Shown piece by piece: positions 20,804-31,766 of a DNA stretch of 64,000 nt. The notes beneath the pieces were generated by a model. The model had not been told where the DNA came from. It searched no databases and was given only the letters and a program-made list of their open reading frames with translations. The position numbers and the translations under genes are program-made. The DNA is taken from the NCBI GenBank assembly GCA_963422375.2, contig OY729428.2, forward strand, positions 3,592,390 to 3,656,389, read 5' to 3'. Within the stretch, counting starts at the first letter, position 1; each line of letters starts with the position of its first letter. The DNA is from Bryobacterales bacterium (lineage in GTDB: Bacteria > Acidobacteriota > Terriglobia > Bryobacterales > UBA6623).

Positions 20804-22195
20804 ATGGCGAGCGGACGCGGGCTTCCCGCTTGCGTCGGCGGGCTCGCGCTCGCGGCGAGCGTCCTGGCGGCGGCCGCGGCGGCCGAGCCGAACTTCGTCG
20901 TCATCGTCGCCGACGACTTGGGATACGGCGACCTCGGATGCTACGGCAGCACCGCGATCCGCACCCCCTTCATCGACCGCATGGCCTCCGAGGGCGCCCG
21001 CCTGACGGAGTTCTACACGCCCGCGCCGAACTGCTCTCCGGCGCGCGCGGCGCTGCTGACCGGGAGGCATCCGCTGCGCACGGGCATCACGCGCGTGCTC
21101 GTGCCCAAGGAGGTGCAGGGGCTGCCCGAGTCCGAGGTGACCTTGGCGGAGCACCTGCGGGCGGCTGGGTACGCGACCGCCTGCGTCGGCAAGTGGCATC
21201 TGGGCGGGAGGAAGAAGTTCCGCCCGCAGAGGCACGGGTTCGACGAGTTCTACGGCGTGCTGTACAGCAACAACATGGTCTGGCTACGCCGCGTGCAGTG
21301 GCCTCGCTTCGAACTGTTCGACGGCTGGACCACGGTGGAGTCGCCGGCCGACTCGGCCCAGCTCACGAGAAGGTACACGCACCGGGCCGTGGAATTCCTC
21401 GGGCGCAACCGAGACAGGCCCTTCTTCCTGTACCTTGCCTACACCATGCCGCACCTGCCGCTGGCGGCCTCCCCGGAGTTCGCCGGCCGCTCGCGGCACG
21501 GGCCGTACGGGGACGCCGTCGAGGAGCTGGACGCGGGCGTGGGCCAGCTGCTGGCGAAGCTGTCGCAGCTCGGACTGGACGGCGAGACGTACGTATTCCT
21601 CACCAGCGACAACGGGCCCTGGACGGGCGACGAGTCGACGGCGGGCGGTTCCACCGGCGGGCTGCGGGGCTTCAAGGGCACCACTTGGGAGGGCGGCCTG
21701 CGCGTCCCGTTCATCGCTCGCGCTCCGGGGCGGATTCCCGCCGGAACGGTCCGGCACGGGACCGCCTCGCTGATGGATCTGTTCCCCACGGTCGCCTCGC
21801 TGGCCGGGGTCGGCCCGCCCGGCGACCGGGCCTACGACGGCATGGATATCCTGCCGCTGCTGCGCGGGGAGGGAGAACCGCCGGACCGCACGTTCATGTT
21901 CAGCCACCGGCTCCGGGTCCAAGCGGTGCGCTCCGGGCACTGGAAGCTGCACATCCGCGAGCGGGCCCTGGGCAGGAACGGCCGCCCGCGGGGACAGCGC
22001 GAGCTGGTCCCGGCACAGCTGTACCGGCTCGACACCGACCCGGGCGAGAGCCGCGACGTCGCGGCCGAGCACAGCACGATCGTCGAGAGACTGCGCCAGC
22101 GCGCCGGGAGATTCGAAGCGGACGCGAATCCCTCGGTGCGCCTGCGCCGCTACGGCGGCGCCATCGTCCGAGGCCTGCTGACTCCCTTCCCGTAA
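20804..22195 (+). CDS. Secreted arylsulfatase-like (formylglycine) sulfatase
   Basis: Signal peptide, ADDLGYGD, CSPARAALLTGR, GKWHLG, SDNG and WEGGLRVP motifs. Confidence 0.93.
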   Translation: MASGRGLPACVGGLALAASVLAAAAAAEPNFVVIVADDLGYGDLGCYGSTAIRTPFIDRMASEGARLTEFYTPAPNCSPARAALLTGRHPLRTGITRVLVPKEVQGLPESEVTLAEHLRAAGYATACVGKWHLGGRKKFRPQRHGFDEFYGVLYSNNMVWLRRVQWPRFELFDGWTTVESPADSAQLTRRYTHRAVEFLGRNRDRPFFLYLAYTMPHLPLAASPEFAGRSRHGPYGDAVEELDAGVGQLLAKLSQLGLDGETYVFLTSDNGPWTGDESTAGGSTGGLRGFKGTTWEGGLRVPFIARAPGRIPAGTVRHGTASLMDLFPTVASLAGVGPPGDRAYDGMDILPLLRGEGEPPDRTFMFSHRLRVQAVRSGHWKLHIRERALGRNGRPRGQRELVPAQLYRLDTDPGESRDVAAEHSTIVERLRQRAGRFEADANPSVRLRRYGGAIVRGLLTPFP

Positions 22196-22223
22196 GGCCC
22201 CGCAGGCGGCGCGCCGGGCCGGC

Positions 22224-23678
22224 TCAGGGCAGAGGCGGGTGCCGGGGCACGGTGACGACATAGGTGCCCGAAATCTTGTCGTGCCACGCCTGCCGCCGCG
22301 GATCCCAGAGGATCCAGAGCCAGCCCAGACCGACCACCACGACCGAGACGATGGTCGCGAGGCCTCGCACCAAGGAGTCCGAGAACTGCAGCGCCCCCCC
22401 GTCCACGCGCACGACGCGCAGCTGACAGACCAGCCCGCCGACCGTAGTCGCCTTCCACGCCCACAGAACGACGTGGTAGACCAGCGCTAGGACGAACGCC
22501 TGGCTGGAGTCGAATCCGAGCAGCAAGGCGGAGACCGAGAGCAGGAAGGCATCGACCGCCACGGCTCCCGCGCGGCTCGCGAACCTCGCGACCGGGTATT
22601 CCGAGACGTCGGACGCAGGCACCTCCGCGCCGGCACCGGCTAGGGACGCGTCGCCCAGATCACGGATCGGAGTTCCCCCGGCCGCCGGCGCGGGATACTC
22701 CCTGCGCAATCCTGCGAAGACGGTCGCCGCCCCCGCGCCCAGACCGATCACGCCCACGGTCGTCCAAGCGACCATTCCAAGGACCGGGACCATGTAGGCA
22801 AGGCAGGCCGCGGCCATGCCGATGAGCAGGGAGCCGGTGGCCGCGACAACGCCGCCGGCCGGCCCCTCGGGGCGAATCCTGCTCCCGATCCAGCGGAAGA
22901 CGCTCACGCGTCCGAAGATGCCGACCAAGAAGAGCGCCAAGTAGAGAAACGGGATCACGGGAAGGCCCACGAGGGAAACCGCGAGCAGGCCCGTCACGGG
23001 GCCGAGCAGCAGCAGGACCAGCAGGCCGACCAAGCAGGCGGTCAGGGGCTTGCTGTCGAGCACTTCCGCGCAGGCCCGCACGGGCTGCTCGAACACGATG
23101 TTGAGGCCGAGGTAGCTGAGGGCGACGACAAGGAAGACGAGCCAGCTCCAGGCCAGAGCGGGCGCGAGCGGGCGCCCCCAGAGAAGTCCGTCCTGCACCC
23201 ACGTGCCAGCGGACGCGAGGAATCCGCCCGGCGCGAAGTCGAACAGGGTCGCTTGGTCACCGCCCGCGGTGAATCCGGGCGGGGCGATGGTCGAGCCCCC
23301 GATGGTGACCATATCCCCTTCGACTTCCGCTCCGGGGTCGACCGTCAGGGAGCCCCACACGACGGCCAGGTCGCCGGCGACCCGGGCGTCGCTGCCGAGG
23401 CGAGCGTCTCCGAAGACGCAAGCGAGGTCCCCGCGAACGGTGCCCTCGATGACGACGTCACCTCCGACCACGACAACGTCGTCGACCTCCTCGCCGGCGG
23501 GCAGCACGAAATCCGAGTTCAGTCGCGCGATCGACGCGGGCTCGGACGCGTCGTCACCGGCAGGAGGCTGCTCGGCCTGCCCGAGGTCGGGGACGTCGGG
23601 GGCTTGCGCGAGTCCCGCTCCGGACGCGAGCGCCAAGGCGCTCGCGAAGAGCGGCAGGTAGAAAGCGGTTCGGTTCAT
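22224..23678 (-). CDS. Membrane protein with bactofilin-like GD repeats and a C-terminal RDD domain
   Basis: Signal peptide, VVVGGDVVIEGTVRGD repeats, several TM helices, RAGAVAVD and RQAWHDKISGTYVV (RDD). Confidence 0.8.
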   Translation of the reverse strand: MNRTAFYLPLFASALALASGAGLAQAPDVPDLGQAEQPPAGDDASEPASIARLNSDFVLPAGEEVDDVVVVGGDVVIEGTVRGDLACVFGDARLGSDARVAGDLAVVWGSLTVDPGAEVEGDMVTIGGSTIAPPGFTAGGDQATLFDFAPGGFLASAGTWVQDGLLWGRPLAPALAWSWLVFLVVALSYLGLNIVFEQPVRACAEVLDSKPLTACLVGLLVLLLLGPVTGLLAVSLVGLPVIPFLYLALFLVGIFGRVSVFRWIGSRIRPEGPAGGVVAATGSLLIGMAAACLAYMVPVLGMVAWTTVGVIGLGAGAATVFAGLRREYPAPAAGGTPIRDLGDASLAGAGAEVPASDVSEYPVARFASRAGAVAVDAFLLSVSALLLGFDSSQAFVLALVYHVVLWAWKATTVGGLVCQLRVVRVDGGALQFSDSLVRGLATIVSVVVVGLGWLWILWDPRRQAWHDKISGTYVVTVPRHPPLP

Positions 23679-24073
23679 GGTTCTAGATTCCTTTCCCAGA
23701 GCATCCGAGAGATCGCCGCGCAAGCCAGGGCGCACGACAAGCCCATCACGAAGGCCGAGGCGGCCAGGTAGGGGGCGTTCGGCGCGAGGACCAAGCGCCA
23801 CAGGACGCGGACGGTATCCACCAAGGCGGGCACGTCGGCGGCCACCGCCCGCTCGGCAGCGGCTCGCGCCAAGACGGCGGCTGCCGCGAGCACCGCTACG
23901 GAGGCAGCCTTCCAAGCCGGCGGCCAGCACCGCCACGCGCGCCGGAACCAGCTCCGGCCCCGCGCCCGCTCCACCTCGTCCATCACCCGTGGCAGCAGCG
24001 ACCGCGGTGCCTTCGGGTCCGGGAGGCGGCCTAGGCACCTGCTCGCGAGCGCCTCGAGGTCAGCGGGCTTCAT
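23675..24073 (-). CDS. Putative membrane anti-sigma factor
   Basis: Overlaps the ECF sigma stop. LP...AP..LLPRVM motif followed by two TM segments. Confidence 0.6.
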   Translation of the reverse strand: MKPADLEALASRCLGRLPDPKAPRSLLPRVMDEVERARGRSWFRRAWRCWPPAWKAASVAVLAAAAVLARAAAERAVAADVPALVDTVRVLWRLVLAPNAPYLAASAFVMGLSCALACAAISRMLWERNLEP

Positions 24074-24599
24074 CAGCGGCCTCCATCAGGCACCGGAGAG
24101 CCTCGCGGCCCCGGTGGATGTCGGTCTTGACCTTGGCTAGGGAGACGTCCAGCAGCGCCGCGATCTCGCGGTAGCTGCGCTGCTCGAAGTGAAACAGCAC
24201 GAGCGGCACACGCTGACGATCCGGCAGCTGGCGCATGGCCCGCTCCAGACGGGCTTGCCGGTCCCGGCGCTCCAGTTCCTCGAGCTGCGACGCGGGCGCG
24301 ACGAGAGCTCGCGCGACCGGATCGTCGTCCCGGCCGTCGCCGGGCCCCTGGCTGAACGGCCGCAAGCGGCGGCGCACTCGGCGCAGGTGGTTGAGGCACA
24401 GGTTCGTCGTCACCGCGCGCAGCCACCCTGCAACGGCCGGGCTTGCGCGCAGCGTGTCGAACCGCTCGAACGCGCGGAGGAAGACGGTCTGGGACACGTC
24501 CTCGGCCTCGCTGGCGTCTCCGAGCATGCGAACTGCGATTCCGAACACCATGTCTTGGTAGCTCCGGACGAATTCTTCAAACACGCAGGGGGCGGTCAT
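24060..24599 (-). CDS. ECF RNA polymerase sigma factor
   Basis: FEEFVRSYQ, AEDVSQTVFLRA, WL..V..NLCLN and SYREIAALL...VKTDIHRGR (regions 2 and 4). Confidence 0.93.
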   Translation of the reverse strand: MTAPCVFEEFVRSYQDMVFGIAVRMLGDASEAEDVSQTVFLRAFERFDTLRASPAVAGWLRAVTTNLCLNHLRRVRRRLRPFSQGPGDGRDDDPVARALVAPASQLEELERRDRQARLERAMRQLPDRQRVPLVLFHFEQRSYREIAALLDVSLAKVKTDIHRGREALRCLMEAADEAR

Positions 24600-24787
24600 G
24601 CCATCGTGGACGACGCCAGCCGATCATAGAGAGAACACCGCAGCGGGGAAAAAGTTGCTGCGCCGGCAGCGGCCCGGCCTGCGCGACGGCGAGTTTTTCG
24701 ATTTTCGTCAGCGATGCGCCCGACTTCCGCCCGCGGCACGCATCGGGGCGGTCACGATGACGGCGCCCGGAATTAGAATGCGACCGA

Positions 24788-27700
24788 ATGCGGACGAATT
24801 GCCGGCAATTCGACCCGGGCACGCCCGGGTCTCCGGCGACTCGAGAAGGAACGCCGGTCGCCCGCGGGCGGTCCTGCCGGAAGCAAGCGCGGGCCGCGAC
24901 GGCGCTGCAACGGCTCGGCGGAGCGGCCTTCCTGCTCTGTCTCGCGTGCGCGACCGGACCGACGGCTCTCGCTCAACCCGAGGGTGCGGAGCATGCGGAG
25001 CGCATGGCTCGCGGGCTGGATCTCTTCAAGCGCGAGGTGCGTTCCGTCCTAGCGGAAAGCTGTCTGGCCTGCCACGGCGGCGGTCAGACACAAGGCGGGC
25101 TGGACCTGTCCACCCGCGAATCGCTGCTGGCGAGCGGCAAGCTGGGCGGGCCGGAGGAGCCCGCCAGTCTGGTCTCCGTTCTGCTCCACGCGCAAGAGCC
25201 GTTCATGCCGTTCGGCCAGCCGCAGCTGGCGGCCGAGAGCATCGACGCGATCAGGGAGTGGGTCCGGCTGGGGGCACCCTACGACAGGCCCCTAGCGGGC
25301 GACGCGCCGCCCTCCGCCGCGCACGGTCCGGTGAACCAGCCTTCGGATTTCTGGTCCTTCCAGCCCCTCTCGCGGCCGGACCCGCCCGAGGTGGCGGGTC
25401 GGCCCTGGGTCCGCAACCCGCTCGACCGCTTCATCCTGGCCCGGCTCGAGGCCGCCGGGCTGCAGCCAGGTCCGCGGGCGGACCGGCGGACGCTGATCCG
25501 GCGTGCCTCGCTCGACCTGCTCGGACTGCCTCCCGGAGTGCGGGAGACCGAGGCGTTCGTCAGGACCCGAGGCCGGACGCCTACGAGCGTCTGGTGGACC
25601 GGCTGCTCGACTCTCCGGCCTACGGCGAGCGCTGGGCCCGCCACTGGATGGACATTGCCCGGTTCGGCGAGAGCTTCGGATTCGAGCAGGACTACGACCG
25701 TCCGTACGCGCACCACTACCGGGACTTCCTGATCAAGGCCCTCAACGGCGACATGCCGTACGACCGATTCGTACGCTGGCAGATTGCGGGCGACGAACTG
25801 GCTACCGGCAACCCGCTGGCCCTCATGGCAACGGGCTTCCTGGCTTCGGCGGCGTTCCCTACCGAGATCACCGAGGCGGAGTTCGAGCGCTCGCGGTACG
25901 AGGAGATCGACGACATGATCGGGACGATGGGCACGGCCATGCTCGGTCTGACGGTCGGCTGCGCCCGCTGCCACGACCACAAGTACGATCCGATCCCCTC
26001 GTCCGACTACTACAGCGTCGCGGCCGTGTTCGGGCGCACCGTCCGGACCGAGGTCCAGCACGAGCCCGAGCCGGGCGCCTACGACGATGCCAGGTCAGCC
26101 TGGGAGGCCCGCCGCGAGGAGCTGCGGGCAGGTCGCCGGGCCCGCGAGGAAGACCTCGCGGGCGACGCCTTCAAGGAGTGGCTGCGCGACGGGAGCCAGC
26201 CGGCCTCCACGGATGCGTGGCGCGTCGTCGACGCCTCCGCCGCGACCGCGGAGAGCGGCGCGAGAATCGACACGCTGGACGACGGGTCCTTGCTGGTCAC
26301 GGGCGCGATCTCGGATTTCGACAAGCACACGATCACGGCCGACGTCATGACCGACGGCGTCCGCGCCATCCGACTGGAGGTGCTGACCCACCCCGCACTC
26401 CCAAACCGCGGACCGGGACGGTCGCGGGACGGCCAGTTCCATCTCGGGCGGATCGACGCGGAGGCCCGGCCGCTCGACGATCCCGAGGCCGAGGCCGTCA
26501 AGATTCGGTTCTCCGCCGCTAGGGCGACCGACGAGCTGGACGCCGACTCCGCCTCGGCGCAGGCCGCCATCAACAGCGACACGAGAACCACCGGCTGGTC
26601 GATCCGGAGGGAGTCCCTGGGCACGAGCCAAGCCGCCGCGTTCGAGCTCGCGGAGCCTCTCGAGCTGCACGGCGGAGCCCGCCTGACATTCAGCCTGCAC
26701 TTCGGCTACAACGTGCATTTCACCGTGGGCCGCTACCGACTGTCGGTCTCCCGGGATCCCGCGCCCCCGCTCGAGGTCGGAACCGGCGTCCCGGAGGCTC
26801 TGGCGGAGGGGCTGGCGACCCTTCGCGAATCGCGGCAGGCTCCGCTTGCCGGGGACCACGCCGCGGCGCTGCTGCGGCTGTACGCGAGGACGGACAGGCT
26901 CTGGCAGGAGCTGGACCAAGCCCTCGCGGAGCACGAGCTGCGAGTTCCCGTGCCGACGGCCACGAAGATCCTGGCGGCGGCCGAAGGCCTGCCCCCGGCG
27001 CGGCACAACGCGACCAACAGGGGGTTCCCGCACTTCTACGAACCCACGTACCTGATCCGCCGCGGCGACGTCAGCCAGAAAGTCGCCCCGGCCAAGCCGG
27101 GCTTCCTGCGGGCGCTGATGCGCGCGACCGGGGCTTCCTCGCCCTGGCGCGAGAGCCCTCCCGACGGCTGGGACCGCAGCACGCTCGACCGGGCCTCGCT
27201 CGCGAACTGGATCGTCGACCACCGTCGCGGCGCGGGGGCCCTGCTCGCCCGGGTCATCTCCAACCGGCTCTGGCACCACCACTTCGGCCGGGGCATCGTC
27301 GCGACGCCCAGCGACTTCGGGAGCCGCGGGGATCCGCCCAGCCATCCCGAGCTGCTCGAGTGGCTGGCGCAGGATCTAGTCGACAACGGCTGGAGCCTGA
27401 AGCGCCTGCAACGCCTGGTCATGACCAGCGCGGCATACGCGCAGGGAGCGGGCCACCGCAGCGCGGCCGCCTACGTCGATCCGGACAACCGCCTGCTGTG
27501 GCGCTGGGCTCCCCGCCGGCTCGAAGGCGAAGCCGTGCGCGACTCGCTGCTCAGCGTCTCCGGTCGGCTCGACCGACGGATGTACGGCCCGGGAACGCTG
27601 CGCGAGGACATGCGGCGTCGCAGCGTCTACTTCTTCGTCAAGCGCACGGCGCTGGTGCCGACGATGATGCTGCTCGACTGGCCGGAACACCTGGTCGGCA

Positions 27701-28014
27701 TCGGCAGGCGTCCATCCACGACCATCGCCCCGCAGGCGCTGATGTTCCTCAACAGCCCGCGTGCGCGGGGCTACGCCGAGGGACTGGCCGGAAGGCTGCC
27801 GTCCGCCGCGGACGCGCAGGCGGCCGTGGCCAAGGCCTACCGCCTCGCCTTCAACCGCGACCCGGGGCCCGGCGAGGCGGACGAGGGCGTAGCCTTCCTG
27901 CGGGCCCAGACCGCGCTGCGCGAGTCGAGCGGCGAGCGCGACGCCGCCCGCCTCGCGCTGGTCGACTACTGCCAGGCGCTGCTGAGCCTCAACGAATTCC
28001 TCTACATACGGTGA
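24788..28014 (+). pseudogene. Planctomycete cytochrome c / DUF1549 / DUF1553 (PSD1) protein with one frameshift near 25563
   Basis: CLACH and NPLDRFI in the frame of 24788. AYGERWARHWMD, CARCHDHKYDP and NRLWHHHFGRG in the frame ending at 28014. One base is missing at gtcagg(g)ac. The start position is uncertain. Confidence 0.8.
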
Positions 28015-28022
28015 CCCCGACG

Positions 28023-29473
28023 ATGACCTCGAACGAACCTCTGCTGTCGCGTCGCTCCCTGCTGCAGCGATGCGGCATGGGATGCGGCGCACTCGGTCTC
28101 GCGACGCTGCTGGCAGACGAGGGCCTCCTCGCCGCGGAGGGGAGCGACCGTTCCCTCGTGCCCATGGCTCCCGTGGAGCCGCACTTCCGCGCCAAGGCCA
28201 AGAGCGTCATCTGGCTGTTCATCAACGGGGCCCGAGCCATATCGACACGTGGGACTACAAGCCGGAACTCGCGCGACGGCATGGCCAGACGCTCGAGGGC
28301 TTCGACAAGTTCACCGGGTTCTTCGCCAACCAAGTGGGGGCGCTGATGCAGTCGCCGTTCGAGTTCTCGCCACGCGGCCAGAGCGGCAAGATGGTGTCGG
28401 AGATCTTCCCGTATCTCGGAGAGCACGTCGACAAGATGGCCTTCGTGCATTCCGGCTTCTCGGAGTCCAACAACCATTCGCCGGCCCTTTTCGTGATGAA
28501 CAGCGGCCAGCCCCGCATGGGCTACCCCCGCCTGGGATCGTGGGTCACGTACGGCCTCGGCAGCGCGAGCAGGGACCTGCCCGGCTTCGTCGTGATGTCC
28601 GACCCGAAGGACCGCGGGCTGCCCAAGGGCGGCGCCGCCAACTGGAGCGCGGGGTTTCTCCCCGGGGCCTACCAGGGAACGTGGCTGCGCCCGAAGGGCG
28701 AGCCCATCCGGAATCTCGCGCCGCCGGAGGGAGTGAGCGACCGGCAGCAACGCAGCCAGCTCGACCTGATCGCCCGGCTCAACGGCCGGGACCTGGCGCG
28801 GTCGCCGCAGGAACGGGAGCTGGCGGCCCGCATCGAGAGCTTCGAGCTCGCCTACCGCATGCAGTCGGCCGCGCCCGGGGCCTTGGATGTCGACAGCGAG
28901 CCGGAGCACATCAAGAAGCTGTACGGCCTGCGCAGCGAGCGCTGCGGGCACGTCGCCCGCCAGTGCATCGCGGCGCGCCGCCTGGTCGAGCGCGGCGTGC
29001 GCTTCGTCCAGATCTACTCGGGGGGCATGGAGAACCAGCGGGCCTGGGACGGCCATATCGATATCGGGCAGAATCATTCCCAGTTCGCCGGCGAGACGGA
29101 TCAGCCGTTCGCGGGGCTGCTCGCGGATCTCGAGCAGCGCGGCCTGCTCGACGAGACTCTCGTGATCTGGGGCGGGGAGTTCGGGCGACTGCCCGTCTCC
29201 CAGACGGGCGAGGCCAAGCCGGGCCGCGACCATAACCCGCACTGCCTGACGGCTTGGATGGCGGGCGGCGGGGCCAAGGGAGGCGCGAGCTACGGGGAAT
29301 CGGACGAGATCGGGCACAGGGCAGCGGCGAACCGGGTCTCGGTGAACGACTTCCACGCCACGATCCTGCACCTGCTCGGGCTGGACCACGAACGGCTCAC
29401 GTACAAGTACAGCGGTCGGCTCTTCCGGCTGACGGACGTGGCCGGGAGGGTGATCCGCGAGATCGTGGCATGA
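28023..29473 (+). pseudogene. DUF1501 protein with a Tat-like signal and one frameshift near 28228
   Basis: SRRSLL...AKAKSVIWLFING|GPSHIDTWD, ARRLVERGVRFV, GEFGRLP and GRDHNP. One G is missing in aacgggg(g)ccc. Confidence 0.85.
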
Positions 29474-30354
29474 CCCCGAGGCGCGAATGCAAGCAAGGCC
29501 GGCGGCTGCACTGCCTTTGCGGGCCTGTCTTCGATTTAGGCCCTCTCCGCGAAGGGCCCCGAGAGCGTGCCGCTTCCTCGTGCTCCCGATTTCGAGGGAA
29601 AGGCGAAGCGGATGATCGCCCTGTTCATGCAGGGAGCTCTCACGCGGCACTATGCGTTCGACTCCCACCCCGACCTCGCCAGGCGCGCCGGCCGGCATTC
29701 CGAGATGGATCTGGCGATCGGCACGCAAAGGGGCAAGATTCTCGCCCCGGTTTTCGATTTCGTGCTGAGCCTTGAGGGCGGTCGCCCGATCTCCGAGGTT
29801 TCCCCCATCCGAGCCAGTACACGGACGCGACGTGCCTGCTGAACGCATGCACGCGGATTCCCCCGCTCATCCGCAGGCGTAAGTGTTCACGCACGCCGGC
29901 AGCATCACCTTCGGGCGGCCGTCCATCGGGCGGTGCGTCGTGTACGGTCTCGGCGAGGAGAACCGGGACCTGCCTAGGTTCGTCACGATGAATCCTCCGC
30001 CGGTCGGAGGTGCCGCGCTGTACGGCTCGGCATTCCTCCGGGCCAGCTTCCAAGGAACGAGTCTGAACATCGACGAAGGCCCGGACCCTGTCGAGAGCAT
30101 CAGGGACGCGCGCATGGCCATGGACTGGCAGCGCGTGCATCTCGCAATGTCTAGGACCTCAATCGCGGCCAGCTCGGCCCTACCAGCATCGGCGACCAGA
30201 TCGAAGGAGTCATCCGGCGCTGAGGGCTAGCGTTCCAAATGCAGAGCGCAACTCCCGCGTCCTATATAAGGGAATTATATATCTGAGTGCCGAGGGAATC
30301 AAGTCGGCAAATTATCAAGCCATAATAAGATTTCATATTTCTTCCGGATTTCCG

Positions 30355-30384
30355 TTGACATTCTGTGGTGTTTCTTGGTAGAAT
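30355..30384 (+). promoter_or_regulatory. Putative transposase promoter
   Basis: TTGACA-N18-TAGAAT with an extended TG, 23 nt upstream of the ATG. Confidence 0.55.
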
Positions 30385-30407
30385 AGCTCCAGTAGGGGAT
30401 GCCGTAA

Positions 30408-31766
30408 ATGAAGAAACCAGGTCCCGGAAAGTGGTTCCGTAAAGGCATCACATTGATCGAAATGATCGCCATGTTCCCCGATGACGAATCCGCGGAAAGA
30501 TGGTTCGCTGCCATGCGCTGGCCGGACGGTCCCGCGTGCCCCCACTGCCGCGGCTCCAGCGTGCAGTCCGGCGCGGCCCACCCTTCGATGCCGTACCGTT
30601 GCCGCGGCTGCGGCAAGCGCTTTTCCGCGCGCACCGGCAGCGTGACGGCCGACACCAAGCTCGGCTACCGCACCCGGGCCGTCGCCCTGTTCCTGCTGAC
30701 CACCGGCATCAAGGGCGTCTCGAGCATGAAGCTGCACCGCGATCCGGGAATCAGCCGGAAGTCGGCCTGGCACCTCGCGCACCGCATCCGCGCGTGCCGG
30801 GAGCGGGATCAGGGCCTGTTCGCCGGCCCGGTGGAGGTGGACGAGACCTACGTCGGCGGCAAGGAACGCAACAAGCACGAGAGGAAGAAGGCCCGCGCCG
30901 GGCGCGGGCCCGTCGGCAAGACCCCGGTGGCGGGGGCACGGGACCGCGCCACGAACGCAGTGGCCGCGCGGCCGCTGCCGGGCACCGCCAAGGGCGACCT
31001 GCAGGGCTTCGTGCGCGCCCGCGTCGCGCCGGGGGCGCAGCTCTACTCCGACGAGGCGGCGGCCTACGCCGGCATGGCGGAGTTCCCGCACGAAGCCGTC
31101 AAGCACTCCCGCGGCGAGTACGTGCGCGGGGCGGCGCATACGAACGGCATCGAATCGTTCCGGTCCCTGTTCAAGCGCGGCCTGTACGGAACCTATCACC
31201 GGATGAGCGTCCGTCATCTCGGCCGCTACCTGACGGAGTTCGCGGGACGGCGCAACGACCGCGACTGCGACACGGCGGAACAGATGCGGCGCATGGCGCG
31301 GGGCCTGGTCGGCCGGACGCTGACCTGCCGGCAGCTGACCGGCAAGGCCGCGGTCGCGGCCCGAGCGGCGCCCTCCGCGCTGAGCGCGGCAGCCCGCTGC
31401 GGGCGCGCTCTTCACGCTCGGTGCGCTTCACGCTCGGTGCGCTTCACGCTCGGTGCGCTTCACGCTCGGTGCGCTTCACGCTCGGTACGAGGGGCGCAGC
31501 GGATCCGGCATGCCCCGGTGCGCCCCCAGTCCGGCCCGGACCGTCCATGCAGGCCATCGAGCGCCGGGGATCCGCTGCCTTCGGCCCTCCGAGGGCCTGT
31601 AATCGGCTTGCAAGGGGTGCCCTGCCACCGCCAACCGGGTTCCACCGGGTTCCACCGGGGCATGCGAGGCGGCCTCTCTAGTCCGTTCCTCGTCCAATCC
31701 GCTGGCAGGCTCGATTCAGATACGATCCCCCACCCCTCTGTGCCCGCCGCGGCCGCACTCGAATGA
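30408..31766 (+). CDS. IS1595-family transposase; the C-terminus reads through the tandem repeat; probably degenerate
   Basis: Same motifs as 8062..9045 (VEVDETYVGG, YSDE, HTNGIES). Confidence 0.85.
   Translation: MKKPGPGKWFRKGITLIEMIAMFPDDESAERWFAAMRWPDGPACPHCRGSSVQSGAAHPSMPYRCRGCGKRFSARTGSVTADTKLGYRTRAVALFLLTTGIKGVSSMKLHRDPGISRKSAWHLAHRIRACRERDQGLFAGPVEVDETYVGGKERNKHERKKARAGRGPVGKTPVAGARDRATNAVAARPLPGTAKGDLQGFVRARVAPGAQLYSDEAAAYAGMAEFPHEAVKHSRGEYVRGAAHTNGIESFRSLFKRGLYGTYHRMSVRHLGRYLTEFAGRRNDRDCDTAEQMRRMARGLVGRTLTCRQLTGKAAVAARAAPSALSAAARCGRALHARCASRSVRFTLGALHARCASRSVRGAQRIRHAPVRPQSGPDRPCRPSSAGDPLPSALRGPVIGLQGVPCHRQPGSTGFHRGMRGGLSSPFLVQSAGRLDSDTIPHPSVPAAAALE
31410..31486 (+). repeat. 16-bp tandem repeat, about 4.8 copies
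   Basis: (cttcacgctcggtgcg)x4 plus cttcacgctcggt, with no spacers. Confidence 0.95.

Noticed and set aside
31410..31486. Possible CRISPR array
   Set aside because: The 16-bp units are contiguous with no spacers, lie inside an IS, and there are no cas genes in the window.
8062..31766. Diversity-generating retroelement as the cause of the A-biased changes
   Set aside because: No reverse transcriptase or TR/VR pair is present, and the changes affect both A and T on the coding strand and are mostly transitions.
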